Shown here: piece after piece, positions 30,852-41,870 of the stretch | Position numbering within the stretch: position 1 is the first letter of the stretch | Layout: each line of letters begins with the position of its first letter | Assembly (NCBI GenBank): GCA_963705305.1 | Contig: OY970067.1 | Location: 1,248,001-1,312,000 of the forward strand | Direction: 5' to 3' | From: an uncultured Methylomirabilota bacterium | Lineage (GTDB): Bacteria > Methylomirabilota > Methylomirabilia > Methylomirabilales > 2-02-FULL-66-22 | Length of the DNA stretch: 64,000 nt | The notes under the pieces: generated by a model | The model's database searches: none | What the model saw: the letters and a program-made list of their open reading frames with translations, nothing else | What the model was told of the DNA's origin: nothing | Program-made: the position numbers and the translations under genes

Positions 30852-31760
30852 CTAGTATTCGACGGGCCTCCGGAGGAAGCGCCATTGTAGCAGGGTTAGA
30901 ATGAGTAGGGAAACAAACACGAACACGGCCATCACCGACGCCTCGCCAAAGCGGAAGTACTTGAAGGCTGTCTCGTACAGTAAGACAATGATAGTGGTAC
31001 TAGCGCCCAATGGCCCGCCCTGAGTAGTTGCATAGACCTGATCAAAGACTTGAAAATTATAAATCGACTCCAGGATACAAACCATTAGGATTTGTGGATT
31101 AAGCAGCGGCAGCGTGATGTGAAAGAATGCTTGTTTCCAATTCGCCCCATCGATATTAGCGACTTCGTAGTAGTCAGCTGGGATGGACTGAAGAGCCGCG
31201 AGGAAGATCATCGTATCAAAGCCGACTCGAATCCAGACATTGATGCTGGCCAGCGAAGGGAGGACCAGTTCTAGGCTCTCTAGCCACTTCTGCTGCGGAA
31301 GACCCATGAGGGCAAGCAGATAGTTGGCGAAGCCGTAAACGGGGTCGTAGATCCACTGCCAAACAAGAGCCGCGGCAACTAGCGAAACGGAAAATGGCAA
31401 GAAATACATAACTGCCCAGAGACTGCGCCAACGGGGGCTTACAAACTTATTGAGCCCAATAGCAATCAATAGTGCTAATAGAACTGTGGTTGGAAGGGAA
31501 ATGAGTAGCAGCATCACAGTGTTGCGGACACTGGACCAGAAGAGGGGATCGGTCAGAACACGCTCGTAGAGTCTGAGGCCCGCGAACTGGGAGAGACCGT
31601 CAGATCGCTGAAAATAGAAGGACTCAAGAATTGACTGGGCCATCGGGATCAAGAATACAAGAGAGAAGTAAACGAAGGCTGGCAGGATGAAGAGAAAACC
31701 TGCCTGTCGCTGCCGCTCAATATAGTTCCGGGGAAGTAGAAGTCGTATAAAACGCTCCAT
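30852..31760 (-). CDS. Carbohydrate ABC transporter permease (MalF-like)
   Basis: FILPA, AALQSIP.DYYEVA.IDGA and TQGGP motifs. Confidence 0.9.
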   Translation of the reverse strand: MERFIRLLLPRNYIERQRQAGFLFILPAFVYFSLVFLIPMAQSILESFYFQRSDGLSQFAGLRLYERVLTDPLFWSSVRNTVMLLLISLPTTVLLALLIAIGLNKFVSPRWRSLWAVMYFLPFSVSLVAAALVWQWIYDPVYGFANYLLALMGLPQQKWLESLELVLPSLASINVWIRVGFDTMIFLAALQSIPADYYEVANIDGANWKQAFFHITLPLLNPQILMVCILESIYNFQVFDQVYATTQGGPLGASTTIIVLLYETAFKYFRFGEASVMAVFVFVSLLILTLLQWRFLRRPVEY

Positions 31761-31972
31761 GCCGTATCCTCACTATACGCACAGAAGTGAGCGACTTTGC
31801 CAGTGGCCCACACTCCATGAAAGTGGGCAGTGAGACTTTTCGCTTTCCATAAGCGGTGCGATCCCCGCGGTCTCCGCCACTTTTTTGGGGCTCAACCAGT
31901 GCTTCGGCCGCCTCGGCTCGGGCGATCAACCCGGTCACCACCCGATTCAGGGCTAGGGCTTTGCCGCCTAGG

Positions 31973-33495
31973 GGGTTACCGCCATAGCATCGTGGAGTGA
32001 AATAGTTCGCCATTGCGTAGACTCCCCGAAACCTTACACGGGGAGGAGACGCAGTGGACGAGACAGGTAATTATGCGCGACGCTGCAAGGCGATTGCACT
32101 GCTGCGGCAGAGGGTCCGGTTCGCAGAGGTGGCTCGGGCGGTGGGCCGCAGCCAGAGCTGGCTGGCGAAGTGGTGGAGGCGCTGCCGTCAGGAAGGGCGG
32201 GTGGGACTCCACGACCGGAGCCGGGCCGCGCACCGGATCTGGCGCCGGACCGCACCTCACTTGGTCAGCCTGGTGCTGCGGATTCGCGCGGAGCTGGTGG
32301 CCCACCGGACGCGCCGGACGGCCTTTGCGGGTCGGGGCGCGGAGGCCATCCGCTGGGAGCTGGAGCAGCGCGGGGTGCACCGGCTGCCGAGCCTCCGGAC
32401 GATCGAGCGGCTCCTGCAAGCGCACGGCTGTACCCGCCGCGAGCGGCGCCGTCGGCGCGGGCGGGGCCAGCCCTGTCCGGCGCCCCGGGCCGCAGCCGTG
32501 GGGGCCGTGCAGCAAACGGACCTCGTCGGCCCGCGCCATGTCCGCGGCCCCCGCGGGGTTACCCGCTTCTTCGCCTTCCACACTCTGGAGTACGTCAGCC
32601 GAGCGGCGGCCGCCAGCTACTATGGCGCCAAGGGGACCGAAGCCTTCTGTGCGCACTTCCTGCACGCGTGGACACTCCTGGGGGTCCCGGCCGTCAGCCA
32701 ACTGGATAACGAGTTTGGCGTCGTCGGGGGCAACCCGTACGGGTTCACCTTCTCGCAAGTGGTGCGCCTGGGCCTGCTCTGCGGGGTCCACTGGTGGTTC
32801 ATTCCCCCCGGCGAGCCCGGCCGGAACCCGGACATCGAGAGCTTCAACGGCCTCTGGCAAGCGCGGGTGCTCTGGCGGCACCGGTGCGCCGATCTCCCCG
32901 CCGTGCGCCGCACGAGTGCGCGCTTCCTCCGGTACTACCACACCCGCAAACCGCATCGGCGCCTCACCGTCGCCACCCACGGCTCGCGGTTCCCGGGCGA
33001 GGTCCTGGCCGCCGCGCAGGCACTGCTTCGGCCGCTGCCCCCGGGGTTCGCCCTGGACCGCTACCGGGATGCCCGGGGGGCGCTCCACCTGCCCCTGGCC
33101 CGCGGCCGGATCTCCTTCGTCCGCCGGGTCGGCGACACGGGCACCATCGCGCTCCCCGGGGGCGCCTACCGGGTCGGGCGGCGCCTGGCCCGGCAGTATG
33201 TGGTGGCCACCCTCTACACGCATCGCCGCGAGATCGTCGTCAAACTGGACGGCCGAGTGGTCAAGCGCTTCTCCTGTCCGATCCACGAGCCGGTCGTCCT
33301 TCCCCTCTACCCGCTCCCGCGGGGGCGGTGCTGAGTCCCAGGAGCCCGCCCGCCGCGCTCGCTGCACCACACCGTTGGGCGTGCTGCTCGCTGCGGCGGG
33401 CTCTCCTGTGCCATGGGGAACGACCCCGACTGGTCTACGATGTTATGGCGGTCCACTGCCTCTGAAATCAGTCTACGATGTTGTGGCGGCGCCCA
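31973..33495 (+). mobile_element. IS481-like element, transposase 32054-33334
   Basis: HTH plus rve core (QTD, QLDN, IESFN); subterminal motif CCGCCAYARCATCGTRGA once at the left end and twice inverted at the right; CCTAGG on both flanks (31967-72, 33496-501). Confidence 0.8.
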
Positions 33496-33898
33496 CCTAG
33501 GAGATTCCTCATCTTGGAAGTGGGTCCATGCTTCTTCACGGTGAGGCCCGTCAGTTCACCGCGCACCCGCTACGGCCGCGAGATCGTCAGGTGCGAGGCG
33601 TACAGCCCTCCGCCGCAGCAGTGCTCTGATCGCCCCAGGCGCCGTGCAGATATCCGTTTCCCGGAGGATCACGTGCTTGTACTGCATCGTAAAGCGTCAC
33701 CGCATCGCCTTGGCCACCACCTCGACCTCGTTTGTGTCTGGTTTTGGAACTGCCACCTAAAGCAGCGCAGTCATTTGCCAATGTCTCCCTCCCCTCTACT
33801 CTAAACTCTGAAGGGGGGAGTGTCTAACTCATACCGGCACAGGGGGCGTTTTCATGCCGGATTCAGGTCAACTTAGCGGCAATCATCCCTTGTTTACC

Positions 33899-35542
33899 CT
33901 ATGCTATCTCCAGGCCAGCCCCCTTAGTCGCTGGCAAGGCGTGGACCTCCCATGCCCTGCAAATGCTGGTCCTCTTGGTCTTTAGCGGAGGCCGTCTCCA
34001 GTGGCTGAGCCGCCGTTTAATCTCCTCGTTATCGAGTTGTATGTTCAATATCCTTCCCTCAACATCAATCTCAATTAGGTCTCCGTCCTCCACTGCGGCG
34101 AGGGGTCCTCCCACCGCAGCTTCGGGGGTGATCTGCGTAATAACGGGCCCATACCCGCTGCCTCCGCTAACAGTGCCATCCGTCAGCATGAATACATGCT
34201 CGCGGCCCACCCCCACTCGATCCTCCATTTCCCGCATCACGTGCGGCATGCCCGGCCCGCCACGTGGCCCGACGTATCTCACGACAATAACGTCACCGCT
34301 TTTTACCTTTCCTTTAGTAATTCCATTCCAATACTCCGGGATGGAGTCAAAAACAACGGCGCGGCCCCGAAATTTCATCATGTCGGGAGGAGTGACCGAA
34401 TTTCGACATATGCCCGAAGTACACAAGTTGCCCCGCATGACGACTAGCGATTGCGCGAGGACCGGGTCGTTCACGGGGTGGATGACTTCGCTCCGACGCA
34501 CCCGTGCCCCCCTGATGTTTTCCCTCAGAGTTTTTCCTGTCACGGTCATCACATCGAGGTTTAGGTACCTCTCCCCCAGTTCATTCAGAACGGCCGGAAC
34601 GCCGCCGGCCTCATCGAAATCCGTGATCGTGTACTCCTTCTCCCCATACCCAGCGCCTCCAACCGGCGCGACATTCGTGATGACCGGGACCTCCTTGCTA
34701 ATTCTATCAAACGTCTCTATCGTGATCTCATCATCCAAATCCAGCTCTCTAGCCAACGCGAGCATGTGCCACACACAGTTCACGGATAGACCCATCGCGT
34801 TCATTAGCACGATCGCGTTCTCAAGTGCCGCCTTGGTCATGATGTCCCGCGGCCGGATATTCTTCTCCGCGAGTCGGACTATTTGCTTCCCCGATTCGTT
34901 GGCAATCCACTTCCTCTTTGTCGCAACAGTCGGGATGGTGGAAGCACGCGGGAGGGTCATACCGAGCCCTTCACTCAAGATTTGTATCGAGTTTCCCGAC
35001 CCGAAGCTGCCGCAGGTGCCGATCGTGCATTGCATACCGTGAAATTCACATATCGGGGACTCGTAGTCCTCATACCGTCCCTGCAATGCGGGGCCCGCAG
35101 GGACGATTATCGACGGGAAATTACATCGAGCCGCACCAAGCAAGAGGCCCGGTCCACTCTTGTCGCAGCCCCCCATGAAGACAAGACCGTTTTGAGACAT
35201 TTGCGCTATATTCTCTATTGATCCCGCAAGCACATCTCGTGTTACCGCGCCGTGCCAGGGGACGTCCTCGCCAGACACTTTGGACAGGCATCCGAGCGAC
35301 GGGGTGTTGTCGAGGCATTCCCCGTATACATTGTATTCAAATGGGACGCCGCCTGACGCCCAGATTCCCGCCCGAACAAACTCGGCAAGGCTCCGCAAAT
35401 CAATATGCGCCACATTGCCTTCGTTCCACGTGTTGATGATGGCAATATGCGGCTTCGTCTTGAGATCGTCCTCAGTATACCCCATGATCATCGCTAACGT
35501 AGTCCTTCGCAGACCGATCTTCTCTCCATCATGCGTGCCCAT
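33899..35542 (-). CDS. Dihydroxy-acid dehydratase (IlvD/Edd family), divergent
   Basis: KP.IAIINTW, GCDK, GTC, GP.GGPGM, TDG..SG and PEAAVGGPLA motifs. Confidence 0.9.
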   Translation of the reverse strand: MGTHDGEKIGLRRTTLAMIMGYTEDDLKTKPHIAIINTWNEGNVAHIDLRSLAEFVRAGIWASGGVPFEYNVYGECLDNTPSLGCLSKVSGEDVPWHGAVTRDVLAGSIENIAQMSQNGLVFMGGCDKSGPGLLLGAARCNFPSIIVPAGPALQGRYEDYESPICEFHGMQCTIGTCGSFGSGNSIQILSEGLGMTLPRASTIPTVATKRKWIANESGKQIVRLAEKNIRPRDIMTKAALENAIVLMNAMGLSVNCVWHMLALARELDLDDEITIETFDRISKEVPVITNVAPVGGAGYGEKEYTITDFDEAGGVPAVLNELGERYLNLDVMTVTGKTLRENIRGARVRRSEVIHPVNDPVLAQSLVVMRGNLCTSGICRNSVTPPDMMKFRGRAVVFDSIPEYWNGITKGKVKSGDVIVVRYVGPRGGPGMPHVMREMEDRVGVGREHVFMLTDGTVSGGSGYGPVITQITPEAAVGGPLAAVEDGDLIEIDVEGRILNIQLDNEEIKRRLSHWRRPPLKTKRTSICRAWEVHALPATKGAGLEIA

Positions 35543-35848
35543 TCCTACGCTGCCTCCTCTCGCTTGTCCGAATTATCTCCTCGATATTTCTCGGTGCACT
35601 CTTCTCTTGCCGTCTTCGATATGCTATTGGATCCTACATGCCCGTGGTCGGACCGCACTCTTCGGACGGAAAATCTAGTATTCATTCATTTTGGTGACAC
35701 CCTTATCAGCTTGATCGGGAAATTGTCGGCTTCCCCCCACCGGTCATAACAAGAGACTTCAAGAAAACGGCAACAGCCGCAGCACTCCAGTCCCCCGCAG
35801 CAACTGTCTCCGCCCTAGCCTCCTCTTAGCACACTCCGCCGGTCGGGG

Positions 35849-36643
35849 TTATATCTTTGGTTGTTTTGCAGTCGCGTGTGCGCGTATTTGACCAATTGTG
35901 TTTGCCGCACTGGTCATGAGTATTGACACTTCGTTCGAATACGGAACAAGCCGAATACCTTTGTTGATCCAGTACATGGCTGACTCTAGATCGGGAACCA
36001 AAAGGCCTGGAATCTTCCCTCGGCGGTGACACGCTCTAATCATCTTGTCCACTTGACGCATGACCTCTGGATGTTTCGTCTGCCCGATGAATCCAAGCTC
36101 ACTGGAGAGATCCCCCCGTCCAATGACCGCGCCGTCGATACCGTCCACCATGAGGATACGGTCCAGATTCCGAATCCCCTTTCGGCTTTCGATCTGTACG
36201 ATGAGTAGCGTTTCGGCGTTAAAGACCCGAGCAAACTGTTTCGCCTCGATGGGTACAAATCCGGTGTGCACCGTCTGAATATTAAAGCCGTGCTCGCCTA
36301 AAGGCGGAAACTTGGTGGCTCGGACAACCGCCTTGGCCTGTTCCTCCGTGTCGACGTGTGGGATTAGCAAACCGAGTGCTCCGGCGTCTAGGGGCCGCGT
36401 GAGGAGGTGCGGGTCTTTCGCGGGCGGCCGGACGATAGGCACCAAGTCGCGCGCGAGGGCTGCCGCGCACAATCTACCTACCGTTTCGATCGAGAAACCG
36501 GAGTGCTCCATATCGAGATAGATGAAGTCGAAGCCGGCCGATGCCAGCACTTGCGGGAGCAGTGGACTGCCCAAGGCGGTTACCCACGTGCCGATCTGGA
36601 CTTTCCCCGCAATCAATTCTCTTTTGACTCGATTTTTGATCAT
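35849..36643 (-). CDS. HpcH/HpaI class II aldolase (second copy)
   Basis: GFDFIYLDMEH, LDAGA.G..IPHV, QIES and G.GDLS motifs. Confidence 0.92.
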   Translation of the reverse strand: MIKNRVKRELIAGKVQIGTWVTALGSPLLPQVLASAGFDFIYLDMEHSGFSIETVGRLCAAALARDLVPIVRPPAKDPHLLTRPLDAGALGLLIPHVDTEEQAKAVVRATKFPPLGEHGFNIQTVHTGFVPIEAKQFARVFNAETLLIVQIESRKGIRNLDRILMVDGIDGAVIGRGDLSSELGFIGQTKHPEVMRQVDKMIRACHRRGKIPGLLVPDLESAMYWINKGIRLVPYSNEVSILMTSAANTIGQIRAHATAKQPKI

Positions 36644-36717
36644 TCCCTCATCCGTGCGTCTCAGCATGTCCTTAACCCGGAGCCGTGAGTCCGGATCTCA
36701 TCACTGGGCCGACTGCA

Positions 36718-37400
36718 CTAGGCACCTGCGAACGCACACTCACTGATACCGCGCACATTGCCGCGCTGCAGCAGGAGGAACACGATAAGGGTTGGTATCA
36801 GCGTGATCAGGAGAATGGCACTGAGTGTACCGAATGCAAATGCCTGCCCCTTATCCTCGAGGATGCGCAAGCCAGTATTGATGTTAGCGATCTTAGGGAT
36901 GATGGCCAAGGCAGAGGCGAGTAAGACTTCGTTCCAAACCTGAAGGAAGGTGAGCAGCACGACGGTACCCATGCCACCCTTGGCCATCGGGAGGTGCATG
37001 GACGAGAACACCCATAGTTCGCTCGCGCCGCTGATGCATGCCGCCCGCCTCAGCCCGGGCGCCGTTCTAAGAAAGGCCTCTCTCATGATCCATGCCGCAA
37101 GCTGTATGAATAATGTAACATATAGCAAGATAAGCCCTTGGCACCGCGTGCCGCGTACAAACAATTCGTCGGTCTCTGTTCCCATGTCAAAGGAATTGCA
37201 TTAAACGTCGGCGCGAGGATCGACGATTCCGGGCACGGCAATGTGTCCCCTGAGGGGAAACGATCGCATCGCCTGCTCCGCGGGGATTGACTCCTGTTCC
37301 GCTGCCACTCGCCCCGAACGTGCTCCCCGCCCGTGACGCCGTCCCAATTGTTCTTCAGGTTGATCACCCGCCCGTTTTTCAGGAGCAGGTCGCACCGCAT
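36718..37400 (-). pseudogene. Deletion chimera: amidohydrolase N-terminus joined to ABC permease C-terminus
   Basis: MRCDLLLKNGRVI...PGIVD...CNSFDMG parallels the gene at 23676, then runs into AA.ISGAS...F...WNE...IP.LIVFLLLQR permease motifs. Confidence 0.7.
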
Positions 37401-37456
37401 TGCTCTTCTCTGCTTGTCGCCCTGCATTCAATCCTGCGGAGCCTCGCGTGTTGGCG

Positions 37457-38167
37457 TTACACGATACCACGATCCCGCAGCATATTCCTCAGTGTGCCGA
37501 CCGAGAGCTCAAACACATCCAGGGCGACCGGGCAGACTTGGTTACACTGCCGACATTCGGTGCAGGCCCGCACCCCTTCGCTTATCGCTTCCAGTAGACG
37601 ATCGGCCTCATCGCGGGGGTCCAAGGCGAGACGGGCGAGATCCAGCATATGCAAGGGATTCAGCTGCTCCTGGCTGTTTCTAATCGCCTCTGCACAGGCC
37701 TCGACGCAAATCCCGCACCTGATACAGGCCGTGTACTTGCCCAGCAGTTCGGACTCCCGTCCAGTCGCTCTCCCGCCGTGGGCTCCAACCGCCATTGCCT
37801 CGGGGAACGGCCGCAAGCTAGCACGCTCGTACAGATCCACCGTGAAATCCACCATGAGGTCCTTAATCAGAGGGTAGCAGGTCAGTGGCTCGATCACGAG
37901 CAAGTCGCGTTCCCTGCGCTGGTACACGCGCTCCTTGCACGCTAGCACAGGCCGACCATTGACATTCACGGCACAGATGCCACACTTGAACATCCGACAC
38001 TCTCGATGGAACGCAAACGGTTCCCCATGCTCATACACGTATTCCAGTAGGTCCAGGACAGTGGTGTGCTCGTCATAGGAGACCACGTACTCCTGGTAGG
38101 TTGGGGCTGGATCCTGTCCAGGGTCAAAACGGAACAGTCGCACAGTCAGATTTTCTCCCCGGTTCAT
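37457..38167 (-). CDS. SdhB/FrdB-like iron-sulfur subunit
   Basis: ECRMFKCGIC...LAC (2Fe-2S), CIRCGICVEAC, CTECRQCNQVCP; start overlaps the stop of the upstream flavoprotein. Confidence 0.9.
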   Translation of the reverse strand: MNRGENLTVRLFRFDPGQDPAPTYQEYVVSYDEHTTVLDLLEYVYEHGEPFAFHRECRMFKCGICAVNVNGRPVLACKERVYQRRERDLLVIEPLTCYPLIKDLMVDFTVDLYERASLRPFPEAMAVGAHGGRATGRESELLGKYTACIRCGICVEACAEAIRNSQEQLNPLHMLDLARLALDPRDEADRLLEAISEGVRACTECRQCNQVCPVALDVFELSVGTLRNMLRDRGIV

Positions 38168-39846
38168 CGCATATCTCTCGCTGCTGACATGAGGCACCCC
38201 CGCATGCGCGTTCCATCACTGTAAACCAAGATGCTCTTCGTCCACTCGGCCGATTCCTTCGGAAAGTCTATACGATAATGAGAACCCCGTGATTCTTGGC
38301 GTTGCAGCGCAGCCATGATCAGCATCTTCCCAACGTCCAGTAAGCTAGCATTCTCGATGGCCTCCACCCACTCGAGGTTCGCCGTCGGATTCTTCGAGCG
38401 GATGCGCGTGCGCCCCAAATCCACGTGTTCGATTTCCTCGAGCGTGTGTTGGGCATCGAGCAATCCGGCCTCGCTTCGAACAAACCCGACTCGTTCCCAC
38501 ATTGTCGTCTGGATTTTCCGCCGGACTCCGCGCGCGGTGTACGGGCCTTCCTGCTCGAGCACGGCGAATAGGCGCTTCGCCTCTTGGGCGACCTCCTCCA
38601 CATCAATCTTCTCGCGGGCCCGGCTCTTCGCGGCAAGGGCTGCTGAGCGGCCAGCGCGCTTCCCAAAGACGACTGCCTCGGCCATCGCGGTCGACGCTAG
38701 TCTCTCCGCACCATGGAGTCCACCCGACGTTTCTCCTGCCGCGAACAACCCCGTGATACTCGTCTCATGCCGTTCGTCAACAACGACGCCGCCGGGGAAG
38801 AAGTAAGGAGCCAGAGTGACTTCAACTCTTCCCTCTGCGGCGATGGTCTCGCTCATTGACCTGAGCACCTGCTGGACGAACGGGAATGAGGGGCCCAAGG
38901 GGTCGAGATTGGTGAAGTCGTACCAAACACCGCCGTGCGGTGAGCCGCGTCCCTCTCGCTGCTCCAGCGAAATGCCGCGCAGGTACATGTCCTTGGTATA
39001 AAGAGTCGCTTCCGGGTAGCGCTGCTCCATGAAAAGCTCACCAGCAGCGTTGTACAGTCGGGGCTTGGTACCGGGCAAAGTGGATGGTTCACCCAGCACC
39101 TTTCCCCTAAGCCCCGGCGGATATGCGAGGCCTATGGTGCAGGACACGAATTCCATGTCCCGTAGCCTCGCACCGCATCGATATGCCAGGGCGTATCCGT
39201 CCCCCGTGGCCGATGCCGCGGCGCTCTCGCCGAAGAGCTGGCCAGCATTACCTGTAGTGAGAACAATGGACTTGGCCCGGATTAACTCCACACGGCCGGT
39301 TTTTATATTCAGGCCGACGGCCGCGGTAGCGCGATCCCCAGTCCTGAGCAGTTTCGTGATGAGGATCTGATCGATGATACGGACACCCTTGCGCACGACT
39401 TGGGGAATCAGACCATACCGCAGGATTGTTGTCGCATTAAGCCACGTGGCCATGAGCATCCGCGGAAAGGAGTGGCCCCCGACACGCAGGATGCGAAAGT
39501 TGGCTTCGCCGTCTCGATCGAAGGTCACGCCGTACTTTTCGAGACCCACAACCTCACCATTCTTGATCTCGGTGACAAAGAGTCGGACCAATGCAGGATC
39601 GTTCAGATACCGGCCGCAACGGAGCATGTCATCCACGAAGCACTCTTCGTTGTCTGGCGGTTGCAAGACGCCGGCGATCCCTCCTTGTGTAGAGGCCGTG
39701 ATCCCCGTCCTCCCCACCAATCCCTTACTTGCGAGTAACACCTCCGCCCCGCAAATTCTGGCTTCCAGAGCGGCCATACTTCCGGCTGCACCGCCGCCGA
39801 TAACCAGTACGTCGGTGTCATACGTGGGAAGAAATCTAAGGTCCAT
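38164..39846 (-). CDS. SdhA/FrdA/NadB-superfamily flavoprotein with atypical active site
   Basis: GGGAAG, GGHS.PR, TGDG, GLFAAGE, HGA.RL and RQESRGSHYR.DFP motifs. Confidence 0.9.
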   Translation of the reverse strand: MDLRFLPTYDTDVLVIGGGAAGSMAALEARICGAEVLLASKGLVGRTGITASTQGGIAGVLQPPDNEECFVDDMLRCGRYLNDPALVRLFVTEIKNGEVVGLEKYGVTFDRDGEANFRILRVGGHSFPRMLMATWLNATTILRYGLIPQVVRKGVRIIDQILITKLLRTGDRATAAVGLNIKTGRVELIRAKSIVLTTGNAGQLFGESAAASATGDGYALAYRCGARLRDMEFVSCTIGLAYPPGLRGKVLGEPSTLPGTKPRLYNAAGELFMEQRYPEATLYTKDMYLRGISLEQREGRGSPHGGVWYDFTNLDPLGPSFPFVQQVLRSMSETIAAEGRVEVTLAPYFFPGGVVVDERHETSITGLFAAGETSGGLHGAERLASTAMAEAVVFGKRAGRSAALAAKSRAREKIDVEEVAQEAKRLFAVLEQEGPYTARGVRRKIQTTMWERVGFVRSEAGLLDAQHTLEEIEHVDLGRTRIRSKNPTANLEWVEAIENASLLDVGKMLIMAALQRQESRGSHYRIDFPKESAEWTKSILVYSDGTRMRGCLMSAARDMR

Positions 39847-40485
39847 GACTGCTCCCTCAGACGGGATGCCCCCTTTATGGAATATGACGCATCCGCAGGC
39901 CACGCCAACGGAGTAGGTGGGCTTGCCGCGAGTGCGACCCGGAGAGACGGTCCCCCGGAACCTCCTTGGTTGCAGGGTATTTGCGGTAAGGTAGGACCAA
40001 GGACGAAAGACAGGACAAACACCCGTTCGAGTCAATGGTAACTCGTTCTCTCAATGCTCCATCTGGCAGGTGGCCACGAGAGAGAGCTGTGATCTCAAAA
40101 GGCAAGAGTCCTTCTCGCAGCATTCTTCTTTCCATCCGTCTTTCTGCCTAGTGGACTTGGGCAGCTTAAAGACTAAAGACCAGCTAGTTTACCTAATTGC
40201 CCGCCACCCCTTGTGTCCATCCATCAGCCCTTGCCAGCAGACTACATCAGAATTCCCGCCTTAGGCCATAGGGGGTCCTCCCTTGCCGCTTCTCTGCCTA
40301 GATCGCATTCATAGTTGCGAACAAAAATACCTTCCGACCTTCCTTCTCGAGGGTGGGGCGGTAATCTTTTTCAGACGTGACATCGCGATGGGTGCTGGTC
40401 CCTTCGGCTAACTCAGCATGGCTTGCATCCGTATCCGTACTGTCCAATAAATAGGAAGCAGTTTTGGGCTCCTCTCCCAAAAGTG

Positions 40486-41700
40486 TTAGGGGAGCGGGAG
40501 CTGCGCACAGCAGTGGTAGATGGTCGAAATGTACGTCCACGTCGTCCGGAAGCCGAACGCCCGATGACTGATCGCCTTCGCCTTGCTGCTCATCCCCTCC
40601 AGGGCCCCGTTGGTGACTCGGAGGGTCGTCCAGGCCAGGATGCCATCGAGATGTACGCGGAGGGTCTGGGCCAGTTTTACGAAGGGGGCCAGCCGGCTGT
40701 GGCTCGCCCGCCAGAGCCGCTGCCGGAGGTGGGCCGCGGCCCAGGCCGTAGAGCGGTAGTCCCAGAACCGCCGGAGGTCCTCCTTGAGGAGGGCCGCCCG
40801 TACGATGGGGGCGTTCAGGCCGACGAGCGCCGACAGCCGGGTCCGTTCCGCCCGCTCCAGGTTCTCGGGGTTCTTCAGCCAGAGGAGCCGCGTCCGCGTG
40901 CAGGCCGGTTTCTCCGCCTCGGCCAGCTGTCGCCCCAGCTGCCGGCGCACGGTGTCCACAGCCTCAGTCGCATAGCGGGTGAGGCGGAACCGATCGAAGA
41001 CCACCATCGCCGAGGGCACGGCCTGCCGGACCACCGCCAGGTACGGCCGCCACATGTCGCAGCAGACGACCTGGATCGCCCGGGCGCGGCGTTTCCCCAG
41101 CCAGGCGAAGAACCGCTGGAGCGTGGCCTCTTCCCGCTCTTTCCCCACCCAGACCACGCGGCGGCGCGCCAGGTTGGAGTCGAGCGTCTGGTACCGCAGG
41201 CCCTTCCGGCGGCTCACCTCGTCGATCCCCATCAGATGGAGCGGGACCCACCGGCGATGGGCCACACCCCACAGGACGGCCGCCTCCACGACACTGGCCA
41301 CCATCTTCCAATTCAGGCGGAAGTGGGCCGCGACGCTACGCCAGTCGAGCTTCCGGGCAAGCGTGGCCACGGCCCGCGCCAGGCTGTGGGTCGCCCGCTG
41401 CCACTTCTCGGCCCGGGGGATCCGCTCGACCCGGAGGCCGCAGATGGGGCACCGCACCCAGGCCGGGGCATAGATCGGCCAGAGGGGCTGGTCCCGCACC
41501 GACAGATCATGCAACCGGCGGGCCGGCCGGCGGGTGTCGGCTACCTGGGACGGGGGCCGTCCGCACGCCCCGCAGGCCAGCCGGCGGCCCGGCAGGCACT
41601 CCACCTGGGCCACCAGGCTGCCGTCTGGTTGCTCCTCCACGTGGGTAACAGTATGGGCTTTCATTCCGAGGGATTTCCTGGGCCGCGTTTCCAGGCGCAT
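40486..41700 (-). mobile_element. ISL3-family transposase
   Basis: Zn-finger CGAC/CPIC, GIDE, CCDMW.PY, FDRF and TNG.LEG...K motifs; ends not resolved. Confidence 0.88.
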
Positions 41701-41870
41701 CGGGCCTTGGCCTCCTCTCTTCGGGTTGCGACCCCCGAGGAGGATAGGCGAATCTCCCGATGCGCTTCTACTTTTCGATGCTTACGCGCTCAGGAGGTTT
41801 TGGGGTACCAACCGAGATTTGAGTGAGAGTATGGCACTCACAATCAACGCTGTCAAGACAACGTATCGCG

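Noticed and set aside
31976..33500. Long overlapping ORFs (464 aa minus, 495 aa plus) and similar shadows at 40423-41826, 45013-46146 and 47936-48886
   Set aside because: Alternative-frame artefacts of high-GC coding DNA over better-supported genes.
37457..39846. Canonical sdhAB/frdAB gene symbols
   Set aside because: Key active-site His residues and membrane anchor genes are absent.
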